Shown piece by piece: positions 13,206 through 27,599 of a stretch of 64,000 nucleotides of DNA; positions within the stretch are counted from its first letter, which is position 1; each line of letters starts with the position of its first letter. This DNA comes from Octopus vulgaris. Lineage: Eukaryota. Location of the stretch: positions 111,042,001 to 111,106,000 of the forward strand of contig OX597814.1 of the NCBI GenBank assembly GCA_951406725.2, given 5' to 3'. The notes below the pieces were generated by a model. It worked only from the letters and a program-made list of their open reading frames with translations, was not told the origin of the DNA and did no database searches. The position numbers and the translations under genes are program-made.

Positions 13206-14377
13206 CGATAATGCCAATAATAAACTTTCCTATGCTTCTGCATGTTGAATGGAGTTTACTGAGGTAGATTTCCCTATGGATAGATATCTTTCCTTTTGTC
13301 AACCCTGAACTGTTTCCAAGTGAAGTCATATTTCCTCCCTGGCCAGACATGTCACAGAATATTGGAAATGAATGACAGTAGCCATCATTTACAACTATCA
13401 TTCAATGTTAAGACAAGGAAGCACACACACAAACGACAGGTTTCTATCAGTTTCTATCTACCAAATCCACTTACAAGGCTTTGATTGACCTGATATTACA
13501 GTAGAAGACACTTGCTCAAGGTGCCATACAGTGAGACTGAACCTAAAACCACATGAAATATAAAGAAGTATGAATCAATATGGGGTGTGCTTGGATAATG
13601 GAAAGAAATAAAAGCAGAAAATTGATTTCAAAATTACAGGACACAAAGTGATTAACAAATGTTTAGAGCAGCAAAGCAAAATTGTTAATCGCAAAATGAA
13701 ATGTCCTGCCTAATCTTTATTATTATTATTATTTGTTTTTGTTGCCCAGGGAGAGAAGAGCCTTAGACTGCTGCAAGGAAGGGCAGAAGTTATGTTAATC
13801 CTGAGACCTTGCCTAAATACTTGCAACAAAATGTACTTGGCCAAAGGCATCCAAGGGTGACAGATTAAGTCAACCGTCCAAGAACAAGAAAGGTTCTTCC
13901 ACTTGGCTTCCATACAATTTCCACCAACAAGAGTGTTCACTCATCGGGTCTTAATCAACTAGAAGATATGAAAGAATACAGTTACCAGGTGTCATACAAT
14001 GAGATTGAATTCAAAACCAAAAACCAAACAGTTGTAAAGTAAACTTCTTACCCACATAGCCATACTTGTAAAAGCTGGAAACCCATCAACAAAATACAGA
14101 AAAAGTAAACTTATTTAGAAGCAAGAGATTCAGTGACATTTTAGTTGTGAGATGGAATGTGTTCAATCCAACAAATTTGAAATATGCTTCATTAACTCAC
14201 AGTAAGCACAAGGAGAGGCAATAGAAACATATAGATTGTTTCGAAAAGAATGCAGAGAAATTATCAGAATTTCACCACCAAAGAAAAACAAGCCTGGGGT
14301 GGAAACACCCAGAAGCATGGAAAGAAGGCCCCATAAGAAACATTTTTCTCTCTCTTTTTTACTCTGTATGTGTATGG

Positions 14378-14785
14378 GTGTGTGGTTAAGAGGTTCTGAG
14401 TGTCATCATGTAATTCTGAGTCCAACCTCACAGTACAATACCTTGGCCAAGTGTTTTCTACTATAGCCAAATCTTATGAGCAACAAAATCTACTATAACT
14501 AATGTCTACTAATGTCTTGTGAGTAGAATATTTGGAAATTTGGTAGATGAAAACTATACAGAAGAGTGTGTGTGTGTGTGTGTATGTGTGTGTGCGCGCG
14601 CACATACATTTGTGTTTATTCTTACACTGGTCTAAAAACAGGTGTTGTTATATTGTGTCTGTTTATGTCTTGTAATTTAGTGGTTCGATAAAGATTGATA
14701 AAATAGTACCAGATTGAAGTGCTGGAGTTGATACAATCAAAAAACTTTTGAAGGAAATGCTCCAGCAATGACCAGTCCAATAAAC
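14378..14785 (+). mobile_element. Decayed tRNA-SINE family A copy with internal (GT)n
   Basis: gtgtgtggttaag...ccttggccaagtgttttctactatagcc...(GT)n...ttagtggttcg...tgctccagca; homologous to 47858-48245. Confidence 0.65.
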
Positions 14786-17182
14786 AGCAATGAATAAAAA
14801 GAAATGTGTGTGTGGGTGTGAAGGGATTAACTATAATAAAAATTTCTTTCTCACAATGACACAGGACTACCTATTTAAAAAGTTAGAGATTTAGTCAAGC
14901 TAATGATTCTCAATACTCTACCTTCTTACATCAACCACAGAGAGATGAAAGGTAAAGTTGACCGTTGCAGGATTTGAATACTGAATATAGCAAGTGAAAA
15001 CTAAAAGGTGTAAGTCATTTTCCACCTGTGTGTCACAAAATAATACAGGTGTGTCAATATAATTTATCTGAGGTCAGAATATTTTTCACATTAGCAGATT
15101 AACATTCATTACCTATTGTGATCATTCATGCTTGCTTTCACAATCTGATTACATTATATTCAACAGCTATATGATAATTAATTCACAAAAAATACATGTC
15201 TAGAGTGTCGTTTCCTCTTTGAGTGTCACCATTCTTATAAGGCTGAAAAACACTGATTTTGATAGGTACCTTACTATTTCTGGCACTTGTAAATTAATAA
15301 ACAAAAATTAAAAATAGAGATTAGGGTTTTCATTGGAGAGGAAGAGAAAAATTTTTTTTAAAAACCCTCCATCTCAGTCCTTTCAGAAATTATTCTCAAA
15401 GCCTGTCAAACAAGAAGCAAAGATGGTCTGATAAAAATAAAAGAAATATAATAGGAAAGTATTTTATGAGAAAATTCGATAATGGCATGTTGTAGAAAAT
15501 TTTGATCACATAAAATAAAAAGAAATACAACATAAATTCTCATTGCTAAATGAAAATTGGAGGGGAATGCCCATTTTAAATATCTCCATAAATCTAAGAT
15601 TCAGAAAATATAATGATTGAACAAAAGTATTTTTTTGTTTTATATCTTAGCCATGAGGTGAAAAAGGTACAAAGTTTCTTTTTTATTTCGCTCTTTCTTT
15701 TAATTCAAAGCTTTGAGAAAATTATATGTAATGAAAGCTAAATCAAGTGTAATGATTATTAATGATAAGAACAATAAACAGACATAAAATACTACGGCAG
15801 TTTTCACGGAAATTTATATTTCAAGTATATTTGCTTTGAAGTATACAATAACTGCTGTGAAACAAGTACAAAATTTATTGGTTGGGCTGCTTGATAAGGA
15901 ATTTCAACAGAAATAGTCATTGCAAAAAATAAGTAGGTAAGTCAGTATAGAAGAATGGTGCAAAACCAGACATTAAATGATGATGATGATGACGAATTGT
16001 GTTGGATGGATTTTGTAGTTGTAAATATTATGCTAAACAAGTCTGGAGAAAAATTTTTAAATGAGTTAAATTTGGTTTTTTAAAAAAACATCAACAATGT
16101 TACATCTGTCAAAGAAACGGCTTTCAGTAAAAACTGTAGTCAAAAAGATATAAAACTGAATTAGCCAACAATTCAAATGTTCAACAAATGGTTCAAATTT
16201 TCCCTCTGACTCATAAGGAATGCTTGTTATCTCAGTTGTAGGTGTGTAAAACATATAAATAGTTAGATAGCTGTCGAATAAGAAACAAAAGTAATTGGAA
16301 CAGCAACCTGATAATAGCATTAAAGCTTCAATAACCATTTGATGATTTCAGTTTTAAGTATTGTTTGAGAACAAAAGGTTGTGACATAAGTCAATAAAAT
16401 GCCCATAAAATCAACTATTTCCACTTCCTTATAAAATAGAGGGCTTTTTTTTTGTATTAGTCCAGATAAGTCATCATTCATTTTTGTACTTACTTTTCAA
16501 GAATTGTGATTAATTCTTGAGTTGAAACAAATTTTGTTATAGTTCCAGAGGGTTAAATGTTAATAAATTGACTAATGATAATAAGTACCAGTCAATCAAT
16601 AAGGTTGATTAAATCAACTATACATTTTCAATAAACTTTAAATGCCTGTGTCTATATTAGAAACCATTTATTAATTAATACTGAAGACAGGCATGTGGTA
16701 GAAATGGTAAATGCCACAACAAATACTATATCCTCTTGGGATAAAAAGAAAAATACCAATCCAGAGCAGTGGATTTGCAAAACTCTCAGAATATCAAATT
16801 GGATGCCTTATAGTATTTATTCCAGCTCCTTGTGTTCTCAATTTAAATTCTCCCACCATGGTTTATTTAGATGTAGACTTAATTTGTCACCTGTTTTAAC
16901 ATCACCACCTGCTTCAACACCACCCACCTGATTCTTGGTTATCTTTAGTAGAATGCACTCAGTTGCAAGCATTTGAGACAAGTCACCAGTTTAAAATTCT
17001 GCCCTCCTTCCCACCAGTCTCAAACACCTATGAAAGGGTCATAAGCACTCTCTTCTCTCCTGGCTAAAAGATTACAAAAAAATATTTCATTCATTTCATC
17101 CTTCTACATTCTGGATCTGTACTATGTCAAGGTTGACTTTCATTATTCCAGGGTGAAAAATATATAAACAAATAAAAAATAG

Positions 17183-17600
17183 CAATTTTCTACTACAGGC
17201 ACAGGGCCTGAAATTTGGTGGAGGGGCTAGTCAATTATATTGGTGCCAGTGCTGAACTGGGTTCCATGTAACTGACTAGCCCTAAAAGAATGAAAGGCAA
17301 AACTGACCTCACCTCAGCAGAATTAAAACTCAGAATGTCGAGATAAATGAAATGCCACTAAACATCTGTCTGGCGTGATAACAATTCTGTCAGAAAATAA
17401 TAAGTGTTTCAAGTTTTGACTTAAGGTCAGTAATTTTATTAAGGACAGTGGATAGTTGATTATATCGACCTCAGTACTTCACTAGTACTTTATGTTATCA
17501 ACTCCAAAAGGATGAAAGACAAAGCTGTTCTTGGCAGGATTTGAACTCAGACAATATGCTGCTAAGCATTTTTTTCCAATGCACTAACAATTCTTCCATC
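17183..17600 (-). mobile_element. Two adjacent SINE family B copies
   Basis: Two successive units containing atgaaag(g/a)caaa...gaactcaga...aacaattct. Confidence 0.65.
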
Positions 17601-17609
17601 TTAATTATC

Positions 17610-17960
17610 ATCAACATCCATCTTCCATGCTGGCATGAGTTGGACAGTTTGACAGAAGCTGGCAAGCCAGAGAGCTGCACCAGGTTCCATTGTCTGCTTT
17701 GGCATGGTTTCTACAGCTGGATGCCTTTTCTAACACCAACCACTTTATAGAGTGTACTAGATGCTTTTTATGTGACACCAGCACTAGTGCTTTTTATGTG
17801 GCACCAACACCAGAGGGGTTACCAAGTAACTTGCAAGACAAAAACTCCTCAGCTTGGAGAGGGAGTGGAACAGAGAGAGGTGGATTTGTGCAAAGTAAGA
17901 GGTTAGAGGATAATAGAGGGATAGAGTTATGTGAGTTACTATAGAGGAGATACTGAGCTA
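17610..17960 (-). mobile_element. RTE-tail repeat (family C) / RTE 3' UTR
   Basis: catcttccatgctggcatgagttggacag...ctacagctggatgcc...gtgctttttatgtggcacc; homologous to 4781-5200. Confidence 0.7.
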
Positions 17961-19331
17961 CCCCATTGAAAACCAACAAAGGAGCTTTTATGTAGCCACT
18001 TGGCCTGCTGGAAATAAGAAGACAAATCTTCCAATCCTTCATTCAATTTTGAAGAAATGAAAAAATGCATTCAGTAATGTAGTCATAGATACATTGTTTC
18101 ACAAATAAGTTGTACTTTGCCTTTCACATCCTTTTGGGGTTGATAAAATAAGTACCAGTCATGTACTGGTGTCACTGCAATCAACTTCCCCACCCCCTCC
18201 AAAACCTGCAGGCCCTGTGCCAAACTTTGAAACCATTATTTACATAGATGTCATATTTCTAGTGACAGTTGCAAAGACTAGTAACTTTACCTTTAGTTTT
18301 AGCCTAGATAAAGAACGTTATACATGTTCACACATTTCATGACAAAGAGGAAACTAAGTGTAAATGAGTGGCTGAAGAGTGCTGTTCAACCAATTGATAA
18401 ATATAGAATTAATACCAGGTTCATGTAAATACTCACAAAAATAGCTTTTCTATTTATTGTCTATTGTTTTTAATATAATTCAAAACTGGAGGGTGAGTTG
18501 GAGGGTATCTATCTACAGGGTATCTGGTCCTAATTGCAAAAGTCATAGTAAAAGTTTGATAATGAAATTGCACTGCAAAAAGGATTAATCAAGATGTTGG
18601 TTAATGTCAAACATAACAAACTAGTTATCTAGATATCATCTGTGCATGACATAAAAAGAATGCCATTAGTAAATGTGAGAGAAAACGGAGGTGTTTCAAG
18701 TGCAAATGGTTAATTGTTACAATTACAACTGAATGACATTTGGAAGGTTAGCGAGAACTTATATAATTACATGTTTCTACAATTGGAAAAAAAGGACTGA
18801 ACACTATACAGAGGATATAAGCTAGGCCATGGGAAGCATAAGTTTTGAATTTGTATAAACAATGATCAGTACTAAAAGGTAAAAATAACTCAGGAATTAA
18901 ATATATAACTACAAAGTGTGGGAGTATTTGAAACTACCTTTCTTAACACAACAATAATTTGTTGTTTTTTTTTGTACTAATTAACTTATCAATTAATACA
19001 TTCTTAGTGATTAAAAAGTTGTTATCATTAAGCCCATCTTAATCCTAATACAAAATTCCAAACAGAAAATTCAAATCAGAATATAAGATATAATAAATCT
19101 TTCATAATTACAATTCCTTCTAACTAAAATTCACTACAATTTCAATCTCTGGGAACATCAATGTTAATTGTGCTTTGCTAGGCTATTTGTTATTATTAAG
19201 CAGTGCATATTACAGTACTACAACTGACTACACACTCAAAAAGAAAGTAAGTATATAATACTTTAGTAGACACACTGTGCATTACTGTTGCTAAGTGCTA
19301 CTATTGAGCCATGTCAACAAAGAAACTGTAC

Positions 19332-19450
19332 CTTAATCTTTAAAGACTGCGTTTTTCTTAGAGCTTTTGATGTTTTAGGCAATCTAAATCCATATGTTCG
19401 GGTTAAAGATTTCCCGAGAGACTTTTTTCTGTCCTGTAAAGTATTCTTGC
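19332..19450 (-). CDS. Candidate 119-bp upstream exon of the TTC28-like gene (K/R/S-rich)
   Basis: Acceptor ttttttattgtatgcag|, donor aag|gtacag. Stop-free frame (G)KNTLQDRKKSLGKSLTRTYGFRLPKTSKALRKTQSLKIK ends in phase 0, compatible with the 1987 exon. Retains 3 CpGs in CpG-poor DNA. No homology recognised. Confidence 0.4.
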
Positions 19451-20182
19451 CTGCATACAATAAAAAAATACATGCATAATGGATTAAGAATTTTTTCCTT
19501 CAGACAGCTAAGTTCTAGTATACTGTGGAAATGTTTCATGAAGTCTGGAACATTTGTTTGGTATGCATCTTTTGATATCTACATTAAAAATATCACACAC
19601 ACACACATCCATCTATACATCATACTTTTGCAAATACATTGCAAAAAAGGCAAATTAACTGTAATGTATATAAAATAAATTTGATATTTCAACATAAAAC
19701 TACCACTAAAAATATACTCTTGTACATATTAGTCATCCATCATATCTGATAAAGACAGGTTCAATCCTATTTAATAAGGAGGCTGGTTCTGCATCAATAT
19801 TTTATAATACATCCCTTAAAGTTGTTTAAGATAAAAGTAACAGAAAACATTATATCTTCCCTACCACCCGTTTTTAACCAGACTTCTATATTTGTCCATG
19901 CATTTAAATAAGTACAAATATACCTTCATATACTAATAAAAATTATATATACACGAAATAATAATAATAATAAAATGTATCTGCTTATAAGATGTAGTAA
20001 TTAGTAAAAAGAGATAAAGAGAGAGAGATAGATAGATAATCATGACAACATACCCTAATTAAAAATGTTTGTAAAACACCAACATGAGAATATTGATGAT
20101 ATATTTAAAAAAAAAAAATTTTTTCCTGAGATCAAAGCAATAGAAAATGATAAATAAGACGTTACAGTGCACTTATTTGCAT

Positions 20183-20451
20183 TGAGAGAGGGACAGAGAG
20201 AGACAAACAGAGAGAGAGAGGGACAGAGAGAGACAGACAGAGAGTGAGAGAGACAAACAGAGAGTGAGATAGACAGACAGAGAGTGAGAGAGACAGACAG
20301 ACAGAGAGCGAGAGAGACAGACAAACAGAGAGACAGAGAGCGAGAGAGACAGACAAACAGAGAGACAGACAAACAGAGAGACAGAGAGCGAGAGAGACAG
20401 ACAAACAGAGAGACAGAGAGCGAGAGAGACAGATAGTAAGACAGACAGATG

Positions 20452-20482
<31 letters not shown>

Positions 20483-20535
20483 CAAGAGCAAGAGCGAGAG
20501 AGAGAGAGAGAGAGAGTAAGAGCGAGAGCAAGAGC
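20183..20535. repeat. Compound AG-rich microsatellite (AGAG/AGAC/AGAGCA)
   Basis: Directly visible; source of the spurious SLSVCL ORFs. Confidence 0.95.
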
Positions 20536-21231
20536 TAAAATTGTCAAGAAGGCTGAGGGTGTCTTGGCATCACTCACCAAATCCTTTGTGAGCCACTCTC
20601 CGGCTATCTATCTGCGGCTTTATATAGCTATGGTAAGACCTCACCTGGAATTTGCATCACCGGTCTGGAACCCCTATCTTGCCCAGGATATCAATCGTCT
20701 GGAAGCTGTTCAGCGACGTGCAACCAAAAGAATACCCTCCATCAGGCATTTGCCATATCCTGAACGCCTTACTTCCCTGGGCATGTACACATTGAAACTC
20801 CGATGTCTGGCAGCTGACTTGGCAGACACCCATAAAATTATCAACCATCGTACAAACAATAACTCTGAGCACCTCTTCAAACTCCACCCATCTAACACCC
20901 GTGGACATATTTACAAAGTAAGAAAACAGCACAGCTCCCATGACTTCAGGAAACATTTTTTCACGCTGAGAGTTGCTGAAGCATGGAACAAACTGCCGGC
21001 ATCGGTTGTTAGTTGTCGGAGCACTGCATCCTTCAAAACTTCCATGCTTCCTGAGATTCGCCAACACTACACTTGATTTTCTCCCTCCATACACACACAA
21101 GCATGTATCTGACTCATACATTGTTCGCTTTCCAGACATTTCTACATTACTGCATGTACTTTATATGCACTTTCTGACAAGTTGTGGTGCACCTGAGCAC
21201 TGTATACAATAATTTCATTATTATTATTATA
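20536..21231 (+). mobile_element. Young 5'-truncated CR1-type LINE with TSD
   Basis: Stop-free ORF2 C-terminus (LYIAMVRPHLEFASPVWNPY..LEAVQRRATK..TRGH..RKHFFTLRVAEAWNKLP) ending at 21076, 3' UTR, (TTA)n tail. 11-bp TSD agagcaagagc at 20525-20535 and 21232-21242. Confidence 0.9.
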
Positions 21232-21247
21232 AGAGCAAGAGCGAGAG

Positions 21248-21284
<37 letters not shown>

Positions 21285-23206
21285 AAGAGTTTAAAACTCA
21301 TTCCCTCAACATAGAAAGAAATAATGTTTAAACTTAAAGCAACGATTATTTTCCAGAAAACCATCAAGATAATATATTTATTTTCTTTCATAATGTATTT
21401 AATTTGATAATGTATTTATTTTCTTTTAATGTTTACTACTTAAAATGCTGGTTATAATTTTCTTTAGCTTATTGTAATCTCACATCTATTACTATTCCAT
21501 TTACTTTAGGCTCTATGTCTAAGATCTGCAAATGCATGTTAAAATAGTTATTAAAACAAAATAAATAAGCCATTTTAGGGCAAAATAAATAAATGTACTC
21601 ACTGAACAATTAGGCCTTTTACTATATTTTTTTAAACTTCCTTAACAACAAAAATCAAAAGTATATATCTTGAAAGCATAAAAGCTGTTTGACACCTAAT
21701 TAAACCTAGACATACAGGTTACAACAAGTACAAGACAGTGAAATTGAGAATATTTTTTTTAGTATGAACAAATAAGAAAATTAGAAAACTCTATAATGAA
21801 ATCTTGTCTAAATATATCTATTTTCAATTGAGTTAAAAATAATATTTAGTGTGATGATTAAAAGCAGCCTTTTTTAATGTACAAAAAAATAAATATTGTA
21901 GTCACTTAAGAAAACAGTAAATTCCACATAACGCCAATAGGCTGAGGAAAAGTAGTGTAAGAGAGCATTCTGAAAACTAAATTAAAATTTGGTATGGTCT
22001 CATATATGTAATGAGTTGTAAAAAATACAACAGATTACCAAGCAATTAATAGATGAAAACACCCTCTGGATATGTTTAAATTTAAAAACAAGGGAGAAAG
22101 CTCCCTTATTAGATCTGTTCAATTAATTAGATCAGTGGTTCAAAATTTTGGGGACAATATAAACAATGCCAATTGGAGTGAATCTTGTCTTTAAAGCCAA
22201 CTGGTGAAGCAACTGACAAGTTTCTGTATTATGAAACCTTTTCAATGAAGCTGATATGCAGGATATCCTCTAGAGATATTTTCTCAACACTATATTCTCT
22301 TTATATATTGATCACGCTTAGTCTTGCCAACTGAGTAAAATGTACTTTACTAAGTAATTTGTAAAGCACCAAAACAAGTCCATCACTAGTTCACAGATAT
22401 GTGAGACACCAAAATAAGTCCATCTTAGTTCACAGATATGTGAAATTATTGTTTAGAATAACACATGTTAATATAATTTTCTGTTCAAAAAGATTATTTA
22501 AACAAAGTATTCATAGTAGATGGAAATAATATAACAATGTGATTACTAATACCCATAGCCAAATATAACTTGAAAAAAAAAAAATTCAACAATAAACAAA
22601 AAACAAAATATAAGGTTTCAAACAAAGTCATTTGTGAACTACAACACTCTGCCTTTAAACAAGTATTAAATATTTCTAAAAAACATGAAATACATACAGT
22701 CTAAAAAATATTTCTTTTAATTTATATCTATAAAATTCTGTTTATGTGGGGGGGGGGGTTCACAGCCAAACCTCTGGATCAGTCTGTACCAAAATTGGTA
22801 TGGAGGCTTTCCATTACTAGTATAATATATATAGGTTTTAGTATGATATATAACTTTGATAATTGTTTTATAATGTGATAAAAAATGATTGAGATCTACA
22901 TTTTAGAAATTTAATATTATCATTTAAAAAAAATGTTTGTAAGCTAAATGTTTCTAAATATTGATAAATTATTTTCTTCTTATTAATGCCTATTACAAGC
23001 CTAACTCTCTGTCTTTAGATTAAATTGTGTTACTCCAAACAATAAAATCTGTTAATTATTTCATGTCTTAGATAATAACCACAAAGTGAAGAAGTTTCAA
23101 CTGTACAAACCAATTGAAATAATGATAAACTATAAAACAAAATGTAATCATTATCACTTTCTTCCATTTCCTGAACTCTTTAAATATATTTAATGTAATC
23201 ATGATA

Positions 23207-23997
23207 TGCGTGAGAAGACCTGTTGAGTCAAGTAAAACCAAAATCATAGCTGTGACCAGTGCCCCTTGACTGGCTCTAGTTCCGGTGGCACGTAAAATGC
23301 ATCATCCGAACATGGTCGATGCCAATGTCCCCTGACTGGCTCCAGTGCTGGTGGCACGTAAAAAGCACCATCTGAATGTGGTTGATGCCAGGTCCGTCTG
23401 ACTGGCACCCATGCCAGTAGCACATAAGAAGCACCATCCGAACATTGCCAAAGCCAGTACTCCCTGACTGGTTCCCTTGCCAGTGGCACATAAAAAGCAC
23501 TATCCAATCATGATCGATGCCAGGACCATCTAACTGGCCCCTGTGCCGGTGGCATGTAAAAAGCACCATCTGAACATGGAAGATGCCAGCACCCCCTGAT
23601 TAGCTCTCGTGCTGGTGGCACGTAAAAAGCACTATTCAGACATGATCGATGTCAGGTCCGTCCGACTGGCCCCTGTGCTGGTGGCATGTAAAAAGCACCA
23701 TCCAAATGTGGCCAATGCCAGGACCCTCTGATTGGATCTTACGCCAGTGGCACATAAAAAGCACTATCCAAACATGATCGATGCCAGGCCTGCCTGACTG
23801 GCTCCCATGCTGGTAGCACATAAAAAGCACCCACTACACTCTCAGAGTGGTTGGCATTATTAGGAAGGGCATCCAGCTGTAAAAGCATTGCCAGATCAGA
23901 TTGGAACCTCGTGTAGCTGCTGGCTCTCCAGACCTCAGTCAAACTGTCCAACCCATGCCAGCATGCAAAACGGACGTTAAACGATGATGATCATCAT
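23207..23997 (+). mobile_element. Family C (RTE-tail) element containing a 66-bp minisatellite array
   Basis: Nine RGTRGCAYRTAAAAAGCAC-like cores starting at 23284, 23350, 23416, 23482, 23548, 23614, 23680, 23746 and 23812, followed by the RTE-type tail ...ccaacccatgccagcatgcaaaacggacgttaaacgatgatgat. Confidence 0.85.
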
Positions 23998-24294
23998 CTC
24001 ATACTTTGTACTAATGATATATGAAATGTAGAATCAGACTACCTATAGACAGAAAGACTCAACTATTAAACATCGAAAGAAATATAATTTCTCCAGTTAA
24101 TTTATTCACTTGTCCATAACAGGCAAAATTCCTACAGGCTTCTCTCCATTACATAAGATATAATGAAAGACAATATATATCAAATCCAACTCATATACTG
24201 GATAGGTTTGTATAGTGTCTCTTTCTCCAAACACTGTTTTTAGATAAATTCAACTTTAAACTGAATTTCCTTTTACTTACAAATTTATCTTTTA

Positions 24295-24625
24295 TCTTTT
24301 ACTTGTTTTACTCATTGAACTGCAGCCATGCTAGGGCACCATCTTGAAGAAATTAGTTGAACAAATCAATCCCAGTACCTATTTTTAAGCTGGTGCTTAT
24401 TTCATTGGTCTCTTTTATTGAACTGCTAATCAAACTAAAACCTGTTGTCAAGTGGTGGTGGTGGAGTACACACATGACAAACTTCTTTCAGTTTCCATCT
24501 ACCACGGCTTTAGAAGACACAGAGCTATAGCAGAAGATACTTGCCCGAGGTGCTATGCACCAGTACTGAACTGGAAGCTATGTGGTTGAGAAGCACACTT
24601 TTTACCACATAACAATACCTGTGTC
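24295..24625 (-). mobile_element. tRNA-SINE family A copy
   Basis: Reverse of family A: gcagccatgctagggcacc (tail) ... gctatagcagaagatacttgccc ... ttttaccacat (head). Confidence 0.7.
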
Positions 24626-25764
24626 TATGTCTAATAGAATTTTTCAAAATGATTACATTTTCAAAATGGTTTGTAAGCAGATGCCCTTTTATGGAAAATT
24701 TTGTCTTTTGATAGAAGCTGATGTAGTTATGGCACAATTTTTATATTTTGCTCTTCAGAACCATCAAAATTCTGTAGCATCAGAAATATGAAAATGACTA
24801 AGGTTAATATACAGGAAGAGAATTGATAAAGGCTTCCTATGATGATATAATGAATTTATAAGTTATACATGAACTGTAAAAGTATTTTCAGATGAACTGG
24901 ATCAGAATCACTACTTCAAGCAAAATACTCTCAGTATACTTGAAAGATTGTAATACAGAACTGAAGATCACAAAATATTATAAAGATTTACTGAAATTAA
25001 TAAATAAAATAACATTTATGTTCCCAATAGAGCATGAAATACTTATATAGTTACCCGAAGAGGAAAGGCAGAGGTCATACACTGTTTAAACCCTCTTCAA
25101 CTGAGGGAATAGAATAATCGACTAAGACTCTAATAGTTGATGGTTAATTTGAACATTTGCAGATTAGAAGTAGAATGGAAAACATTAGTAGGGAGCCAGT
25201 TTTAGATTAATGTTTTTAAGAGAGTAACAGAGGTGGATAAGTATTTTGAAAGGTGAGACAAAGTGATTGTTATTAGTGTATAATTAGAGCGAAGTATATT
25301 GTAAGAAGTGCAAGTGATTGTATATTGAAGTACATTCAATGAATTAAGAAAGGATTAGCACTGAATTATTTAGTTTTAAGGCAGAACCATTTGTGGTTGT
25401 GTTAGGAGAGGATGTACAACCGGTAGGATAAATGACCAACGAATTAATGAGGGCTTACTCTTAACTGAACAGTTTTTTCTTAGATGTGATCTAGATAGTA
25501 TATATTGAAATAAATGCAGTATACTAAGTAATACTGTGGGATATATTTGTATTTTTAGGGGAGAAAAGGTTGTTTCTATGAAGTCAATTATACAAAATAA
25601 ATAATGACCAACCACATAATCTTCAAATAAAATTCCACTTACTTTCTGTAAACATCACATATCTGAAAGGATCCCTTAACACTGTATTTAGTAGGGCTAC
25701 AATTTTTGTGAATTTACTTGATTTAGTTACAAATTACATACACCATGTTATTTATTAGTGTTTC

Positions 25765-25975
25765 TTTAACTGGCACTCCACTGGTTATGATGATGTGGGT
25801 TCCAGTTGATCCAATCAATGAAACAGCCTGCTCATGAAGTTTACATGCAAATACTTGAGCACTCCATAGACACGTGTACCCTACACATAGTTCTCAAGAT
25901 TCAGTGTGACACAGAATGTAACAAAGCTGGCTCATTGAAACACAGGTTCTATTCATTTTTTCCAGTACGTATCAA
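25765..25975 (-). mobile_element. Dispersed SINE-like repeat (family D)
   Basis: Reverse-homologous to 33480-33650 (ccatagacacgtgtaccc versus gatacgtgtctgtggaat). Confidence 0.5.
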
Positions 25976-27599
25976 TAACTGGTATTAGGGCTGATGCTCA
26001 TTTCCATTTTCTATAAACAGATGAAAATTATTTTTTTTTACTGAATAGAACACTGGTCTTATCACATGTAGAATTTTCTACTGAAGGAATTGAAATCAGC
26101 ACTGCTGCCTAGAGAGTGGAATTATGACATGAGCCATATGTACATGGAGCTAGACAAACCCAGCCATTGAGAACAAAAAGTTTCAGCCTTGGACATAATT
26201 CAGTAACAAGATATGAGCCACTAGGATCTTGGCTTGTTGCATAAATACAACACTGTCCTAAAATCATCACCTACAGAATACAGATACATCAAAGTAGATG
26301 AAATATTAACACATGTTGTCCCTCAATAAAACAGTGGACCAATGATTGGTCTCTTCAAGCTCAAATGTTAATGAATGCAAATAAAGAAAAAAAAAACATG
26401 ATTGCAGAGACTTCAAAGTAGAGAAGCTTGGAAACAAGACATAGCACCATGTGCAAAAGGACTTTAAGTAGATTCCAAGGGGTCATTTAGTAGTCTAAAG
26501 GTGAGCATATTTCATTATGATCAAAGTTAAAGACATTTAAAAATTAACATGTAAGTTTATTGCTGTGTGTAATATATCTTTTGATATTTCACAACTACAA
26601 ATACCACCAATAAGTAATGGAGTTGGAGTGGAGTTGATTTCAAAGACTTACTGAGGACATGGAATGCTACTATGGCTGAGATGAATAAAACTTACAGTAG
26701 CCTTTTATCGTAATCTTGGGAGATTTTGGAGTAGGGAATGTGACTACTGATGTTAGATATATTTATTCTCTCTTTGATAAATCAATTCAGGAATTAAGTG
26801 GTAGGAACAATCATTTGTCATGTAGAACAGCTTGTCTAGTGGTAGTACCATGGTAAGTACACATCACCTGGCACACTTCGCTTGTGGTTGATTATAAGAT
26901 TTTCCAGATGGATTCCCAACTGTGACCAACTGAGACTATGAATATTATTGAACTATTTCTTTCTAGGTCTATCCATAGGTCTCCTGCTGGTTAGCCCAGC
27001 TTGAAGAATCCATCTTGCAATTTTTTCCTGTGACATTGCAATCACATGTCCAAAGTACCAGAGCTGTGACTTCTCAATGCAGAAAAGTATCAATTTAACC
27101 ATGAGAGATTTCCTGATCTAGCTCAACATCTTGTTGAATAAACATCCTTCAGAGATCCTTTAGAGGAACCCCATTTTGGCCACTTATGTTTGCTATAGGA
27201 GCTGATACATAGGCAACATCTGTTTAAAATATGCTGACAAGAGAACAGAACAATGTGAGGTGAAGGTAGGCATAGGAAAACCTGGTGAAACTGAGCCACA
27301 GGATGCTAAAGCTCAAACATGACATAGGAATGTGGTGATACACAGCACTGAAGAGTTATGAATTAACATGGAAAATAAATAAAAATAGATGCCAAAATAA
27401 TGATATTGAGGAGGATAAAGAAATTAATTCAATCAAAATATTTGAACACGATTAAATTCAAAGTTCTGTTCAATGATAATATGATCACAACTTCAAATAT
27501 TGTCTATTTTCTTAATATATTCCTCTAAGTAAATTGTAATATAACATTGGTAGACTAACAAGTGTAGCTAGAGTAAGAACTGGTTGGAAAATATTCAGA

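Noticed and set aside
20055-20580. Leu/Ser-rich membrane-like ORFs
   Set aside because: Artefacts of the AG microsatellite.
22367-22445. Short local tandem duplications (also near 27577, 45846, 57747 and 59698)
   Set aside because: Two-copy slippage duplications with no sign of function.
23284-23835. CRISPR-like regularly spaced repeats
   Set aside because: The apparent spacers are homologous to each other, there are no cas genes, and the array lies inside a eukaryotic retroelement; it is a minisatellite.
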